Source: Octopus vulgaris (lineage: Eukaryota). Taken from it: DNA of 64,000 nt. Every line of letters begins with the position of its first letter. The first letter of the stretch is position 1. This document shows positions 12,475 through 27,663 of the stretch, in pieces. Where the stretch lies: the NCBI GenBank assembly GCA_951406725.2, contig OX597842.1, positions 33,542,001 through 33,606,000 on the forward strand, in the 5' to 3' direction. Below the pieces are notes generated by a model. It made no database searches, was not told where the DNA came from, and saw only the letters and a list, made by a program, of their open reading frames with translations. The translations under genes were made by a program, and so were the position numbers.

Positions 12475-13631
12475 GGCGGCGAGCTGGCAGAAACGTTAGC
12501 ACGCCGGGAGAAATGCTTAGCGGTATTTCGTCTGTCTTTATGTTCTGAGTTCAAATTCCGCCAATGTCGACTTTGCCTTTCATCCTTTCGGGGTCGATAA
12601 ATTAAGTACCAGTTGCGCACAGGGGTCGATGTAATCGACTTAATACCTATGTCTGTCCTTGTTTGTCCCCTCTGTGTTTAGTCCCTTGTGGGTAGTAAAG
12701 AAATAGGTATTTCATCTGCCGCTATGTTCTGAGTTCAAATTCTGCCGAGGTCGACTTTGCCTTTCATCCCCTCGGGGTCGATAAATTAAGTACCAGTTAC
12801 GCACTGGGGTCGATATAATCAACTTAATCCGACTGTCTATCCTTGTTTGTCTTCTCTGTGTTTAGCCCCTTGTGGGTAGTAAAGAAATAGGTATTTTGTC
12901 TGCCGTTACGTTCTCAGTTCAAATTCTGCCGAGGTCGACTTTGCCTTACATGCTTTCGGGGTCGATTAAATAAGTACCACTTACGCACTGGGGTCGATGT
13001 AATTGACTTAATCCCTATGTCTGTCCTTGTTTTTCCCCTCTGTGTTTAGCCCCTTGTGGGTAGTAAAGAAATAGGTATTTTGTCTGCCGTTACGTTCTCA
13101 GTTCAAATTCCGCCGAGGTCGTTTTTGCCTTTCATCCTTTCGGGGTCGATTAAATAAGTACCAGTTACGCACTGGGGTCGATGTAATTGACTTAATCCCT
13201 ATGTCTGTCCTTATTTTTCCCCTCTGTGTTTAGCCCCTTGTGGGTAGTAAAGAAATAGGTATTTTGTCTGCCGTTACGTTCTCAGTTCAAATTCCGCCGA
13301 GGTCGTTTTTGCCTTTCATCCTTTCGGGGTCGATTAAATAAGTACCAGTTACGCACTGGGGTCGATGTAATTGACTTAATCCCTATGTCTGTTCTTGTTT
13401 GTCCCCTCTGTGTTTAGCCCCTTGTGGGTAGTAAAGAAATAGGTATTTTTTCTGCCGTTACGTTCTCAGTTCAAATTCCGCCGAGGTCGACTTTGCCTTT
13501 CATCCCATCGGGGTCGATAAATTAAGTACCAGTTGAGCATTGGGGTCGATATAATCGACTTAATCCGTCTGTTTGTCCTTGCTTGTTCACTCTGTGTTTA
13601 GCCCCTTGTGGGTAGTAAAGAAATAGGTATT
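12475..13631 (+). mobile_element. SINE family C with its 3' 184 bp tandemly repeated 6 times
   Basis: Single head GGCGGCGAGCTGGCAGAAACGTTAG. GGTATT junctions at 12522, 12706, 12890, 13074, 13258, 13442, 13626. TTGAGTGAA on both flanks. Confidence 0.92.
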
Positions 13632-14975
13632 GAGTGAATCGTGGAAGTTTGGAAGGTGAGACGGAAATAATGATTTATGGAGTTGAGTTGAGTGGAGTGG
13701 AGTGGAGTGGAGTGGTGTGGGGAGTTGAGTAGGCGGTAGTGTGAGTTGGAGTGGAAGTATGAACTTGAGTGAGAGTGAATGAGTGATATATGGAACGAAG
13801 AGAGAGAGAGAGAGAGAGAATTTGAAAGTGGGAGAGATTGGGGGAGAGAGTTAGGGAGGAGAGCAAGTATGAGAGAGAAGAGTAATATGAAAGGGAGATA
13901 AGTTATGAGAGTGGTAGACAAGGAAAGACAGTGAGAGATATGAGATGGAAGGGGAGAGGGAGAGTAAGAGGGGATCAGAGAGACAGTGAAAGGGGATGAG
14001 AAAGAAGGAGTATGTGAGAGAAGGAGTATGAGAGAGACAGAGTGTGAGATGTAAGAGAGAGAGAGTGAGAAAGAGAGACTTAAAGTGGGGTTAAGTGAGA
14101 AAGTGAACAAATACGAGAGAGAGAGAGAGAGAGATTATGAGAGAAACAAGGAAGGACAAAAGGAGAAGTATGAGAGACAGAAAGAGAGGATGAAAGAGAG
14201 AGAGAAGTTATCTGAGGAGGGAGAGTAAGAGGGGATAAGAGAGACAGTGAAAGGGGATGAGAAAGAAGGAGTATGTGATAGAGAGAGAGGGAGTGAGAGA
14301 GAGAGAGTTAAAGTGGGGATAAGTGAGAAAATGACCAGATACGAGAGAGGGGGAGAGAGAGAGAGAGATGTTATGAGAGAAAGAAGGAAGGACAAAAGAG
14401 AGACAGAGCGAGGGGATGAAAGAGAGAGAGAGAGAAGTTATGAGAGGAGGGAGAAAAGTCTGAGAGATACGAGAGGGAGAGTAAGAAGGGATTAGGAAGC
14501 GAGAGAGAGAGAGAGAGAGAGTGAGTGAAAGGGTATGAGACAGAAGGCATAGGGGCAAAAGAAAGGATTTGATTGATTGATTCTAGTTTCAGCTTATGAG
14601 CTGTGGCCATGCTGGGGCACCGCCATATAACTTTCGAGAGCGAATTACAAAGAAACTGAGGGAGAGAGATAGAGAGAGACACACATAGATAGACACACAG
14701 ACAGAGTGAGAAAGAGAGACAGAGAGACGCGAGAAAATCGCAGCAGATTTAGAGAAAGTAAGAACGCTTTAGTGTCGTTGATTGCTCGGAATGGGGAGAA
14801 GACAGACAGACGACAACTGATGAAGAGTTATTTGAGTATTAAACTCATTATTATGATTATATTTACATAATTATATATACTTGTGTATATGCATATATAT
14901 CTATATATATATATATGCATATACACACACACACAAATATACATATTCATACATATATACGTACAAACCTATATA

Positions 14976-15355
14976 CACTACCGTCAGAAATTAATTAGCA
15001 CCCTTGATTTGCTCTTCACTCAAGGTATGTGCTGTCACCTAGTGGCCATATCTCGAACTATTGCTTTGTTGCGAGTTCACTGTTGCGCAGAACGATGACG
15101 TAACTTTGTTTGCAGAGCAGTTTGAGAGTCTACAGCCTTATGATGTTGACATAGCAGTGCAACAACAACTTGGAGTGCGGATGCAGACAAATCTTCCTTT
15201 GTTTAATAGATATAGGTAGCGCCTCGCAAGGACCGAAATCACACCATACTAAGTTTTCTCATCGCGTAAGACGTTTTGAACAGCTCATAGGTTAATTGAT
15301 TTAACCTATTTAATGTAGAAATTTGAGAAGTGCTAATTAATTTCTGACGCAAGTG
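14976..15355. mobile_element. Tc1/mariner-type MITE
   Basis: 26-bp TIRs CACTacCGTCAGAAATTAATTAGCAC / GTGCTAATTAATTTCTGACGcaAGTG (24 of 26 match), flanked by TA on both sides. Confidence 0.88.
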
Positions 15356-15496
15356 TATACATATCTCCACATATACAAATATACATGAATATATCTCTAT
15401 ATATACAAACATACATTTATATATACAAACACACACACAAATATTATTATATATATATTTATATATAGATATATATATATCGATGCGCATACACCC

Positions 15497-15528
<32 letters not shown>

Positions 15529-15586
15529 CTACATATACATATGTATGTATACACACAAATATATATACATTTACATACGCATATAC

Positions 15587-15618
<32 letters not shown>

Positions 15619-15677
15619 CTATACTAATACACACTCTCACACACAGACATATGTGTGTATGTATATAATTACCTACG

Positions 15678-15755
<78 letters not shown>

Positions 15756-16044
15756 TGTAAGTGCGCGCACTCACACTGGAAATAGGTAAAGAATTGTACG
15801 CTAAGCATTCACTGAACGTTCAACAATAGGAAGGAAAATGGCGGCGGGGAGCGGGGTAGGTGAGTGAACGGAGAGGAGACAATGAAAGAACGATGCTGTT
15901 CGTGATGATGATGACGATGATGATGATGGTGGTGGTGATCGAGGAAGAGGAGGGGGAGACAAGGGGAAGAGGAAATATCAATCGGAACAGAACAGTAGGA
16001 ACAACTACACATTCTTCCCCACCCGACCCCTAAATGTATACATG

Positions 16045-16099
<55 letters not shown>

Positions 16100-16129
16100 A
16101 TATATATATTGAGATGTATACACCTACAC

Positions 16130-16171
<42 letters not shown>

Positions 16172-16199
16172 ATATATATATTGAGATGTATACACCTAC

Positions 16200-16231
<32 letters not shown>

Positions 16232-16258
16232 ATATATATATATTGAGATGTATACACC

Positions 16259-16301
<43 letters not shown>

Positions 16302-16328
16302 ATATATATATATTGAGATGTATACACC

Positions 16329-16367
<39 letters not shown>

Positions 16368-16378
16368 TGATATATAAA

Positions 16379-16425
<47 letters not shown>

Positions 16426-16436
16426 TGATATATAAA

Positions 16437-16471
<35 letters not shown>

Positions 16472-16482
16472 TGATATATAAA

Positions 16483-16557
<75 letters not shown>

Positions 16558-16822
16558 GTCTATATATATATATATACTGGATTACTTCTGGAAACATTAA
16601 AGGAGGCGGAAAACATAAGGGAGAGGAAGGCAGAGAGATGAAAAGAGACTATCATAAAAGAGAGTGAGACAGAGAGTAAGAAGAGAGAAGGAAAGGAATT
16701 TAAAAAGAGAGGGAGGAAACAGAGAGAATAAGGAGAGTAATTGTGAAAGAACTGAGAGAGGTGTGTGTATATATGTATATATACATATATATATATAATA
16801 TACATATATATGTTTTCTTAAT

Positions 16823-17075
16823 CTTTTCTTTTCTTTTCTTTGTTTCAATCATTTGACTGCGGACATGCTGGAGCACCGCCTTTAGTCGAGCAAATCTACC
16901 CCGGGACTTTTTCCTTGTAAGCCTAGTACTTATTCTATTGGACACTCTTACCGAACCGCTAAGTTACGGGGACGTAAACACACCAGCATCGGTTGTCAAA
17001 CGATGTTGGGCGACAAACAAAGACACACAAACATATCCATACATACATACATACATACATACATACATACATACA

Positions 17076-17143
<68 letters not shown>

Positions 17144-17468
17144 CGAAAGGCTTCTTTCAGATTCCGTCTAATGAATCCACTCACAAGGTTTTGGTTGGCT
17201 CAAGGCTATAGTAGAAGAAACTTACCCAAGGTGCCACGCAGTGGGACTGAACCCAGAACCATGTGGTTGGTAAAGAAGCTACTTACCACACAGCCACTCC
17301 TATGTGTATATACGACGGGCTTCTTTCAGTTTCCGTCTACCAAATCCACTCACAAGGTTTTGGTTGGCCCAAGGCTATAGTAGAAGACACTTACCCAAGG
17401 TGCCACGCAGTGGGACTGAACCCGGAACCATGTGATTGGTAAGCAAGCTACTTACCACACAACAACTC
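16823..17468 (-). mobile_element. SINE family A with duplicated head
   Basis: Full copy at 16823-17301 plus a second head at 17309-17468. Confidence 0.85.
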
Positions 17469-17542
17469 ACATACACAAATAAATAAGATGGTGCTCCAGT
17501 ATGGCTGCAATTCTACGACGGAAGACATTGAAAGAATAAAAG

Positions 17543-17611
<69 letters not shown>

Positions 17612-17909
17612 GTAGGTAGGTAGGTAGGTAGGTAGGTAGGTAGGTAGGTAAGCATGATAATAGAGAGTCAGACAGGTAGATGAAAAGAGAAAGAATGAGA
17701 GAGGCAGCTGAGTGCAAACTGGTCTGGGAGGTGAGGTGAGGTGAAAGGGAGATTATGAGAGTCTGGTGATGAGGGAGAAAGGGAAGGTCTTGGAGAAAGT
17801 TTGTGAGAGAATGGAGGTGAGTGAGATAGACAGATAGAGATAGATAGGTAGAGATAGACAAATAGATAGATAGAGATAGATACAGAGAGAGAGAGAGAGA
17901 AAGACAGAC

Positions 17910-17957
<48 letters not shown>

Positions 17958-18078
17958 CGAGGGAGAGAAAGAGAGAGAAAGAGAGAGAAAATGCAAGATT
18001 TATGGTGATGTGAGAAAGAAGGGATATGAGCAAAAGGGAATGTAAAAAGTATAGCCTGAAGGAGAGAGTAGAGTGTAT

Positions 18079-18131
<53 letters not shown>

Positions 18132-18582
18132 GGGAGTGAGAGAGAGAAGGTGAGAGAGGGAAGGTGAGAGAGAGAAAGTGAGAGAGAGGGTGAGAGAGAG
18201 AGTGAGAGAGAGACTGTATGAACTGAGATGAGAGAAAGCGATAGGAGAAGAGAAAGTGAGAGAGACTGTGAGAGTAAGAGTATAAGGTAGAACGAAAGAA
18301 TTGCTAAAAGAGACGTAAAGGAGTCGGAAATGAGAGCGAAGGAGTAAATACAACGAAGCCACCCAGCCGCACCCTCACCGCCACCACAAACACCCCACCA
18401 TCAGCGTTAAAACAATAAACAACGATAGCTGTGTTTTGTCAACAGCAGAACATGTGCGCGAACGGAAATGGGTGGGGGAGGGAAGCTGATAGTGGAAGCG
18501 AAAGTGAAAGTAAACGAAATTGACAACTGTTAGACACACACATGCGACACGTGGTACTATTGTCAATATCGTTGTCAGTAAG

Positions 18583-18930
18583 AGTGGGTAGAACGTCGGA
18601 CAAAATGCTTCGCGGTAGATCTTTCAATCTCTTTATGTTCGCAGTTCAAATACCGCCTATCTCAACTTTGACTTCCATCCCTCAGGGGTCGATGAAATCC
18701 CAGTCGAATACTTGAATCGATGTAATTGACCAGCCCCAAGCCCTTTAAAATTGCAGGTTTCGTGCCCAAATTGTAATCTAAGGGCGGTGTGCTGGCAGAA
18801 TCGTAGGAGACATTCTTTCCGGTTCTTTAACACTCGAGTTCAAATTCCGCCGAGGTCACCTTTGTGTTTCATCTTTTCGGGGTCGATTAAATAAATATCA
18901 GATGAGCACAAGGGTCGATGTAATCGATTA
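18583..18930 (+). mobile_element. Two degenerate SINE family C copies
   Basis: GTTCAAATwCCGCC...TCGGGGTCGAT motifs occur twice. Confidence 0.7.
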
Positions 18931-19573
18931 GCATCTTCACACCTTATATATATATGTATACACACACATAATATATACACATATCCATTATGACATGTAT
19001 GTATACGTATATATATATATATATATCTATACAAGGATATACATACATATGTATATACACACACATATATGTATACACACACATATATATATGTATACAC
19101 ACACATATATAAATGTATACACACACACATATATATATATATACACACATATATGTATACACACACATATATGTATACACACACATATGAATACACACAC
19201 ATATGTATACACACACATATGTATACACACACATATATGTATACACACACACATATATATATGTATACACACAAATAATATATACACATATGCATTATGA
19301 CATGTATGTATACGTATATATATATATATATCTACACAAGGATATACATACATATATATACACACGCATACATATATATATGTATTTATACACACACATT
19401 ACATATACACCCTCATATATACACACATACAAACATGCAAAACAATATGAAAAATTAAAATGTTTCTATGACTAATTAGAAATACAAAACAAGAAAAAAA
19501 ACGTAAAATTAATTGAGAAAAACAAGACAAACAACAAAACGCAAAGGATAATGAGGAGTAGGGGAGGTGGACG

Positions 19574-19733
19574 ATGGTGGTGGTGGTGGTGGTGGTGGTG
19601 GTGGTGGTTGTGATCATGATGATGACGATGAGGAGGAGGAGGAGGAGGAGAAGAGTAAGTGACAATGATGACGGTAGTGATGAAGGCAACGATGATAAGA
19701 GTGATGATGATGATGATGATGATGGTGATGATA

Positions 19734-19765
<32 letters not shown>

Positions 19766-19832
19766 GGTGGTGGTGATGATTGTGGTGGTGATGATGATGA
19801 TGATGATGATGGTGATGATGGTGGTGGTGATG

Positions 19833-19918
<86 letters not shown>

Positions 19919-19986
19919 GATGATGATGATGGTGATGATGGTGGTGGTGATGATGATGATGATGATGATGGTGATGATGGTGGTGG

Positions 19987-20024
<38 letters not shown>

Positions 20025-20079
20025 GTGATGATGGTGGTGGTGATGATGATGATGATGATGATGGTGATGATGGTGGTGG

Positions 20080-20117
<38 letters not shown>

Positions 20118-20207
20118 GTGATGATGGTGGTGGTGATGATGATGATGATGATGATGGTGGTGGTGATGATGATGATGGTGATGATGGTGATGATGGTGGT
20201 GGTGATG

Positions 20208-20239
<32 letters not shown>

Positions 20240-20384
20240 GGTGATGATGGTGGTGGTGATGATGATGATGATGATGATGGTGGTGGTGATGATGATGATG
20301 ATGATGATGGTGATGATGGTGGTGGTGATGATGGTGGTGGTGATGATGATGATGATGATGATGGTGATGATGGTGGTGGTGATG

Positions 20385-20416
<32 letters not shown>

Positions 20417-20471
20417 GGTGATGATGGTGGTGGTGATGATGATGATGATGATGATTATGGTGATGATGATG

Positions 20472-20503
<32 letters not shown>

Positions 20504-20665
20504 GATGATGATGATAAACATGTGAAAGGAGAAGAAAAAGTTGATAGAAGAGGACGAAGAAAAGACGAACAGAAGAAGAAGAAGAAGAAGAAGAAGAAAA
20601 ATAATAATAAGAAGAAGAGAAAGAAGAAGAAAAAGAAAAAGAAAAAGAAGAAAAATAAAAATAAA

Positions 20666-20697
<32 letters not shown>

Positions 20698-20778
20698 GAA
20701 GAAGAAGAAGAAGAAGAAGAAGAAAAAGAAAAAGAAGAAAAAGAAAAAGTAAAAGAAGAAGAAAAAGAAGACGAAAAA

Positions 20779-20809
<31 letters not shown>

Positions 20810-20845
20810 AAGAAGAAGAAGAAGAAGAAGAAGAAGAAGAAGAAA
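19574..20845. repeat. (GAT/GGT)n then (GAA/AAT)n trinucleotide arrays
   Basis: Direct reading. Confidence 0.95.
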
Positions 20846-21032
20846 ATGCCAAACGTTGGCATTTCGCACGTGACATCCAATGACAAGCAAATCTTGAGAA
20901 TAAGATGGCCGACGTATTTTGTAAGGAGTAATAATAATGAGAACCAGCGCACTCAGAGAGTGCAAACGTCCGTCAAGGCCACACCAAGGTCCTCTCAACG
21001 ATTAGCCAGAGAGGATTTTTAAAATGAGAATA

Positions 21033-21332
21033 TCTTTATATATAAAAGTAAGGTTATGTGCTGTCTGTCTCCTACGATTTAGCTTCCTAACTACTCCGAC
21101 ATTTTGCGGTGCAGTTTAACCAAAACCGGGTATCTTATAGTCGTGATTCATATCGAGCCCTTCTGGGTATTAGCGCGCGTCTACGCTGAGTGTACGATTT
21201 TTAAAAAAAATTACCATCATATTTTTTCCATTTTTAATGCATTTTTTTGCTATTTTTTGGCTATAACTCTCAAAAAATGCTTATATAATTATTTCCCTTA
21301 CAAACCCGAGCAACGCCGGGCGATACTGCTAG
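21033..21332 (+). mobile_element. Non-autonomous Helitron
   Basis: A|TC 5' end, hairpin CCCGAGCAACGCCGGG at 21305-21320, CTAG|T 3' end, no TSD. Confidence 0.85.
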
Positions 21333-21565
21333 TCTGAAATAAAACTAGACTGATCTTACAAATAAGAATACTAAAAATGAACCCGACCGCTCTCAAAAAT
21401 TAAGTAAAAGAGAACAAAAAAAGCAGGAAAAGTAATCCAGAATCCTTGTCCGGTACTCGATTGATCCCAAATCCTTATCAGTTCGTGCCAGTCACGGCAC
21501 CTCACACACTTCTCATGGGGAATTCCGGTAGGAGCATCGTGAGATCACTGCTGAGACTCTCTCTC

Positions 21566-21770
21566 TCTCTTTTACTCTTTCACTTGTTTCAGTCATTTGA
21601 CTGCGGCCATGCTGCAGCACCGCTTTTTAGTCGAGCAACTCGACCCCGGGACTTATTCTTTTTGTAAGCCCAGTACTTATTCTATCGGTCTCTTTTTGCC
21701 GAACCGCTAAGTGACGAGGACGGCTGTCAAGCAATGCTAGGGGAACAGACACAGACACACAAACACACAC

Positions 21771-21811
<41 letters not shown>

Positions 21812-21976
21812 TATATACGACAGGCTTCTTTCAGTTTCCGTCTACCAAATCCACTCACAAGGCATTGGTCGGTCCGGGGCGATAGTAGAAGACACTTGCC
21901 CAAGATGCCACGCAGTGGGACTGAACCGGGAACCATGTGGCTGGTTAGCAAGCTACTTACCACACAGCCACTCCTG
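21566..21976 (-). mobile_element. SINE family A
   Basis: Homologous to the other family A copies. Confidence 0.88.
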
Positions 21977-22461
21977 TGGCTGAAAAAATGAAAAGCCGTT
22001 GGAAAACCGATTATAGCAGCGATTCCATCTAAGATTATCTGAAGAAAGAATTTCATTCCGAAATATTATCAGACTACGGATGACTAAATTACAACAGGTA
22101 TATATCCCATTGTCTGTATTATAGTGCATTGCTATACTATTCAAGACTTTTTATTCTTTATATATATATATCCGAGCAAAACGTCCCCCGTCCAATGGAC
22201 GGTGCTGAGTTGTCAAACAGTTAAACCAAATTTTCTCAAAACAACTCGTCCGACCGTCCCATTTTGTGGCATTATTTCAAGCCAGCCGGCATTTTTTGCA
22301 CAAACTGCACGTACATTTTTCTTGCGTACGCGTAGCATCGATCGAAACACCTGATGTACTTGCGCGTGCAAATGCGCGTTCCCACGACTTTATCGATCGC
22401 ATTCTCACCTGGAATCGATTTTTGTAATTTTTTTAAAGACTTATACACGCCCTGATACCTC

Positions 22462-22688
22462 TTTCTTTACTACCCACAAGGGGTTAAGCACAGAAGAGAC
22501 AAACAGAGACAGACAAACGGATTAAGTCGATTATATCGACCCCAGTGCGTAACTGGTACTTAATTTATCGACCCCGAAAGGATGGATGGCAAAGTCGACC
22601 TCAGCGGAAATTGAATTCAGAACGTAGCGGCAGACGAAGTACTGCTAAGCATTTCGCCCTGTGTGCTAACGTTTCTGCCAGTTCGCCC
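22462..22688 (-). mobile_element. SINE family C, monomeric
   Basis: Single copy of the head plus the 184-bp unit seen at 12475. Confidence 0.85.
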
Positions 22689-22862
22689 TATTTTTATGTT
22701 TAAGAATTGTTGGTGTATATATAACGGCGTGTATATATAATGCAGTAAATGCAATAAAGTATACATCTGCATGTACACATATATAATAAGTGTACGGCTG
22801 CATGAATTCATGTGTCTTAATGTATGTGTGCGTTTAATCAAAAACTAACATTCATATATCAG

Positions 22863-22908
<46 letters not shown>

Positions 22909-22954
22909 GTGTATATATGCATATTCATGAATATATGTACATATATGTATGTAT

Positions 22955-22985
<31 letters not shown>

Positions 22986-24139
22986 CACGCACATATATAT
23001 ATATATATCTTAAATATATATATATATATATATATATGAACCAATTATACACACGTAAAACACAGGCATATATATATATATATATAGGAACCAATTATAC
23101 ACACGTAAAACACTGTAAGATATATATATATATATATATATATCTGAAGACCACCACATCGAAGAAGAGATCACATGAAAAGCTGTCTGTCATACGTGAC
23201 ACATCCAACTGTCACATTGTCACACAATTGTCTTGTGAAATGGTTTGATGCCTTCGTATTTACGTGTGTTTGTGTGTCTGTTTTTCTCGGATGCTATTAT
23301 TGTATTTCACATATTATTATTATTATTATTATTATTATTAGTATTAGTAGTAGTAGTAGCTGTTGTTGTTGTTGTTGGGCCACTGGAGATGGAGTGGACG
23401 GTGGCGATATTACAGGTGGCGGTGGGAATCGCGATGTTGTTTGTGACGGTGGTACGTAAATATGGAGAAGGAAGTTGGGAAAGGTTGGTGGCTGTGATAA
23501 TATTGAGGACGATGGTAGCGGCGGTGGTGTTTGTGGTAACGATGAGGCTGGTGGCGGAGGTAATGGTGAGGATGGTAGTAGCGGTGGCGTCGGCGGGGGG
23601 AGGGGTAAGGATGAGGTTGGCGGCGGTGTTGATGGTGAGGATAGTAGCAGTGGCGTCCGGGGGGGGGGGGTGATGAGGGTGGTGGAAGAGGTAACGGTGG
23701 ACTCTGCGGTCGCATGGCAGCGATGGTGATGACGAAGATGGTAGTGGCGGTGTCGGAGTAATGATGACGGTGGCCGCAGATGTAATTGAGAAGATGGTGG
23801 CGGTTGATAGTGGTGTTGGCTGTGATGGTAGTAGTGGTGGTGGTGCTGATGTTTGTGTTGTTGCTGCTGTTTGAGGTGGTGGTGATGGTGGTGGTGGTGA
23901 TGGTGACTACGCTGGTGGTAGTGCTGGTGGTGGTGACGGTAAGGGTGGCGTTGTTGTTGTTTTGGTGGTGGTGGTGGTGGTGGTGGCAGTAATTTTGGCG
24001 ATATTGCTTATGGTGGTGGTGGTGGTGGTGGTAGTGGTGGTGGTAGCAGTCGATTCCTTCGACTAAAACTTGAAGGCACTGCCCCAGCATGACCGCAGTC
24101 CAATGACTGAAGCAAGTAAACGACACACACACGCACCCC

Positions 24140-24223
<84 letters not shown>

Positions 24224-24716
24224 GAATCGGACAAGTGCGCCTGCGTGTTTCGGCTTCTCAGTTAATCGCAATTTGATCGTCTCTCGTTATTGCCGGTTTA
24301 TCTAATCCTGGATTAACGCAGTTTGAAACTACATGCAACACAGATTAGCTAATCCCTCGTGTTAACTTCTCGGGACACACAATATGTCTGTGTGTCTCCA
24401 GCGCCCTCCCCCACTTCTCCCTCTCCCTCTAACGGTCTCTATCTATCTATATCTCTGTATCTATCTATACAGCTGTGTTTGTCCCTCATAAGTTAGTTGC
24501 TTGTCTGTCTGTCTGTCTGTCTATCTGTGTTTCTATCTCTCTCTCTCTTTGTGTCTGTCCAGCTATCTTTCAATTTAGCCAATTCCATCCATCTAGCTTG
24601 CCCTCTTTCTGACCGATTGGCTATCTGTTCGTCGGTCTGTCTGTCTGTCTGTCTGTTCGTCCCTCTATCTATATATTTATCTACCTGACTGTCTGCCTGC
24701 CTACCTAGATAGATAT

Positions 24717-25042
24717 GTTTCTTTATTAGCCACACAGGGCTGCACACAGACGGGACAGATTACAAAGTTGAGCTTTTCTTTTTAGAGGGAAAAAAAGGTG
24801 GGGTAGGTTTTTCGATCAAAAGGGATCGTAAAAGAGAAAGAAGAAGAAAAAAAGAAAAAGAAAAAGAAAAGAAACAAAAGGAATAAACAAAAGGAAAATA
24901 CGATCAATAGGGATCGTGTATCACAGTGTCATGATGTAAGGTGTAAAGGGGAAAACAGATAAGGTTTATCCGTGGGAAGAAAAGCCTACGGAAAAGACCA
25001 CGGTAACCTCGGTCAATATTGTTATATGTTACCACATTTGCT
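24717..25042 (-). mobile_element. 5'-truncated 3' UTR of the Tx1-like non-LTR element
   Basis: Homologous to 49261-49590. Ends ...GCTAATAAAGAAAC|ATATCTATCT; 5' end abuts (GATA)n at 25043-25280. Confidence 0.85.
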
Positions 25043-25077
<35 letters not shown>

Positions 25078-25094
25078 TTGATAGATAGATAGAC

Positions 25095-25212
<118 letters not shown>

Positions 25213-25214
25213 TT

Positions 25215-25247
<33 letters not shown>

Positions 25248-25249
25248 TT

Positions 25250-25280
<31 letters not shown>

Positions 25281-25282
<2 letters not shown>

Positions 25283-25423
25283 AGGGGAAAAAAGGAAATA
25301 AATGTAAAATTCCGATCAAAAGGGATCGTGTATCACAGAAATAATTTTTTTTTTAAAGTAAGAAACAAGATTACGTTTATCCGTGGAAAGAAAAGCCTAC
25401 AGAAAAGACCACGGTAACCTAGG
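25281..25423 (-). mobile_element. Internal 3' UTR fragment of the Tx1-like element
   Basis: CGATCAAAAGGGATCG and GAAAAGACCACGGTAACC blocks, between GATA arrays. Confidence 0.75.
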
Positions 25424-25539
25424 CAGGGAGGAAAATAAACTCATGAGAGCAAAGTGCTCTCTCTCTCTCTTTTACGATTTACAGGATCGATTGATCGATC
25501 GATAGATAGATAGATGGATGGATTGATAGATAAATGACT

Positions 25540-25764
<225 letters not shown>

Positions 25765-26159
25765 TTTAAAACACACACAACATTGAAAATGAATTAAAAA
25801 AGGACATTAACACACCATCTTGACCCTTAAAACGAGTATTTAAGATGGTGTCTCTATTAAGTTTCTATTTCTTGACGTTTAAGCCATCGTAGGCTGGGCC
25901 ATACTGGAGCACTTTCCCATAATTGTTTTTTTTTTTTTTTCACCGTTGGCACAGTGTGCTGGCATCGTTCGAGAGTCTTATGTGTGGGATTAGAGAAAGG
26001 TGAGGATTAGAGTGGGCGGTAGGGAGAGATAGAGGGAGAGGTGGGAGTGAGGGAGGAAGGGAAGTGAGTGAGGTGGAGAGGGGCAAGGGGATAGAGGGGT
26101 GGGTGGTAATGAAAGAAAGAGTGAAGATATATATATATATATATACACACACGTGTGTT

Positions 26160-26190
<31 letters not shown>

Positions 26191-26555
26191 TCACTCACAC
26201 ACATACGTATGTATATGCAATAAACATACAATCTTCATTTCATATTTATATATATATATACACAGATATATACACACATACACACATACCTACCTACACA
26301 TATTTATATATATAACATATATATATATATACATACACATACATATATAGGTATATATATATATATATATATGAATTTATTTGTGTATATATGTGTGTAT
26401 ATGTGTATATATATAAATGTGTGTGTGTGTGTGTATACATGAGTATATATACATGTATATATGCATATATGTACACATGTATATGTATATACATATCGAT
26501 GCAAGAGAGATAATTTGACAGGCAGAGACAGACAGACAGACAGATAGATAGACAG

Positions 26556-26633
<78 letters not shown>

Positions 26634-27170
26634 GTATGTAGTTAAATAGATGGATGGTATGACAATGATAGTATATTGGCTGGGAAGCAATCTGACATAC
26701 CACTACCACCTCCACCACCACGTACAACACCACCACCACCACTGGCACTAACGCCAGCCACTTCATGGCCACCACCACCGTTAGCCATCCACTAGGTGAG
26801 AGCAAAATCATCTTTAATTATCGAAGGTTACTGTCGAGTAATTAACAAGTAAATCAACTCTGTTAATGATGGACATGACCTGAAGAGGGCGCTGAGATCA
26901 GATTCAATGGGTTTGGAGTTTGTTAGGTCAGGATTGCGGGGTCAAAGGTGAGTGGGGTTCAGGTGTATATAATGAGGAGCCTAGGTGATAAAATAGGGGA
27001 GAGAAAAGGAGGCGGCGTGGATACATAACTCTGTGTGTATATGTGTGTATATAAATGATGTATAATATTTAGTATAATTTTTCGAATTAATATATATGTA
27101 TACGTATGTATGTATATATATGTGTGTGACATATATGTATGTGTGTGTGGTCGTGTGCGCAATTTATACG

Positions 27171-27202
<32 letters not shown>

Positions 27203-27334
27203 CATGTATTGTGCGTATGTGTATATGTATGTCTATATTTATATCTACACATATACACACAGTCACATATAGGTAGACAGATTAATTGATAGATAAATAT
27301 AGGGAGATAAGGACACCCCTTGTGCATATCTTAA

Positions 27335-27365
<31 letters not shown>

Positions 27366-27449
27366 TACATACATAAATACATACAGATAGATAGATAGAT
27401 AGAAAGGTAGATACTTCTGTCTACTTACCTATCTATCTATCTCTCCATA

Positions 27450-27582
<133 letters not shown>

Positions 27583-27663
27583 AATAGGTAGATAGAGAGA
27601 AAGATTAGCAGACAGAAATAGCTATCGATCTCTCTCTCTCTCTCCCTCTCCCTATATATATAT

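Noticed and set aside
19472-20998. 400-500 aa poly-H, poly-D and poly-I ORFs
   Set aside because: Stop-free trinucleotide repeats open in several frames; no domain or splice evidence.
21727-22056. Recurring peptide RQASFSFRLPNPLTR... in many ORFs
   Set aside because: Chance frame of SINE family A, not a gene family.
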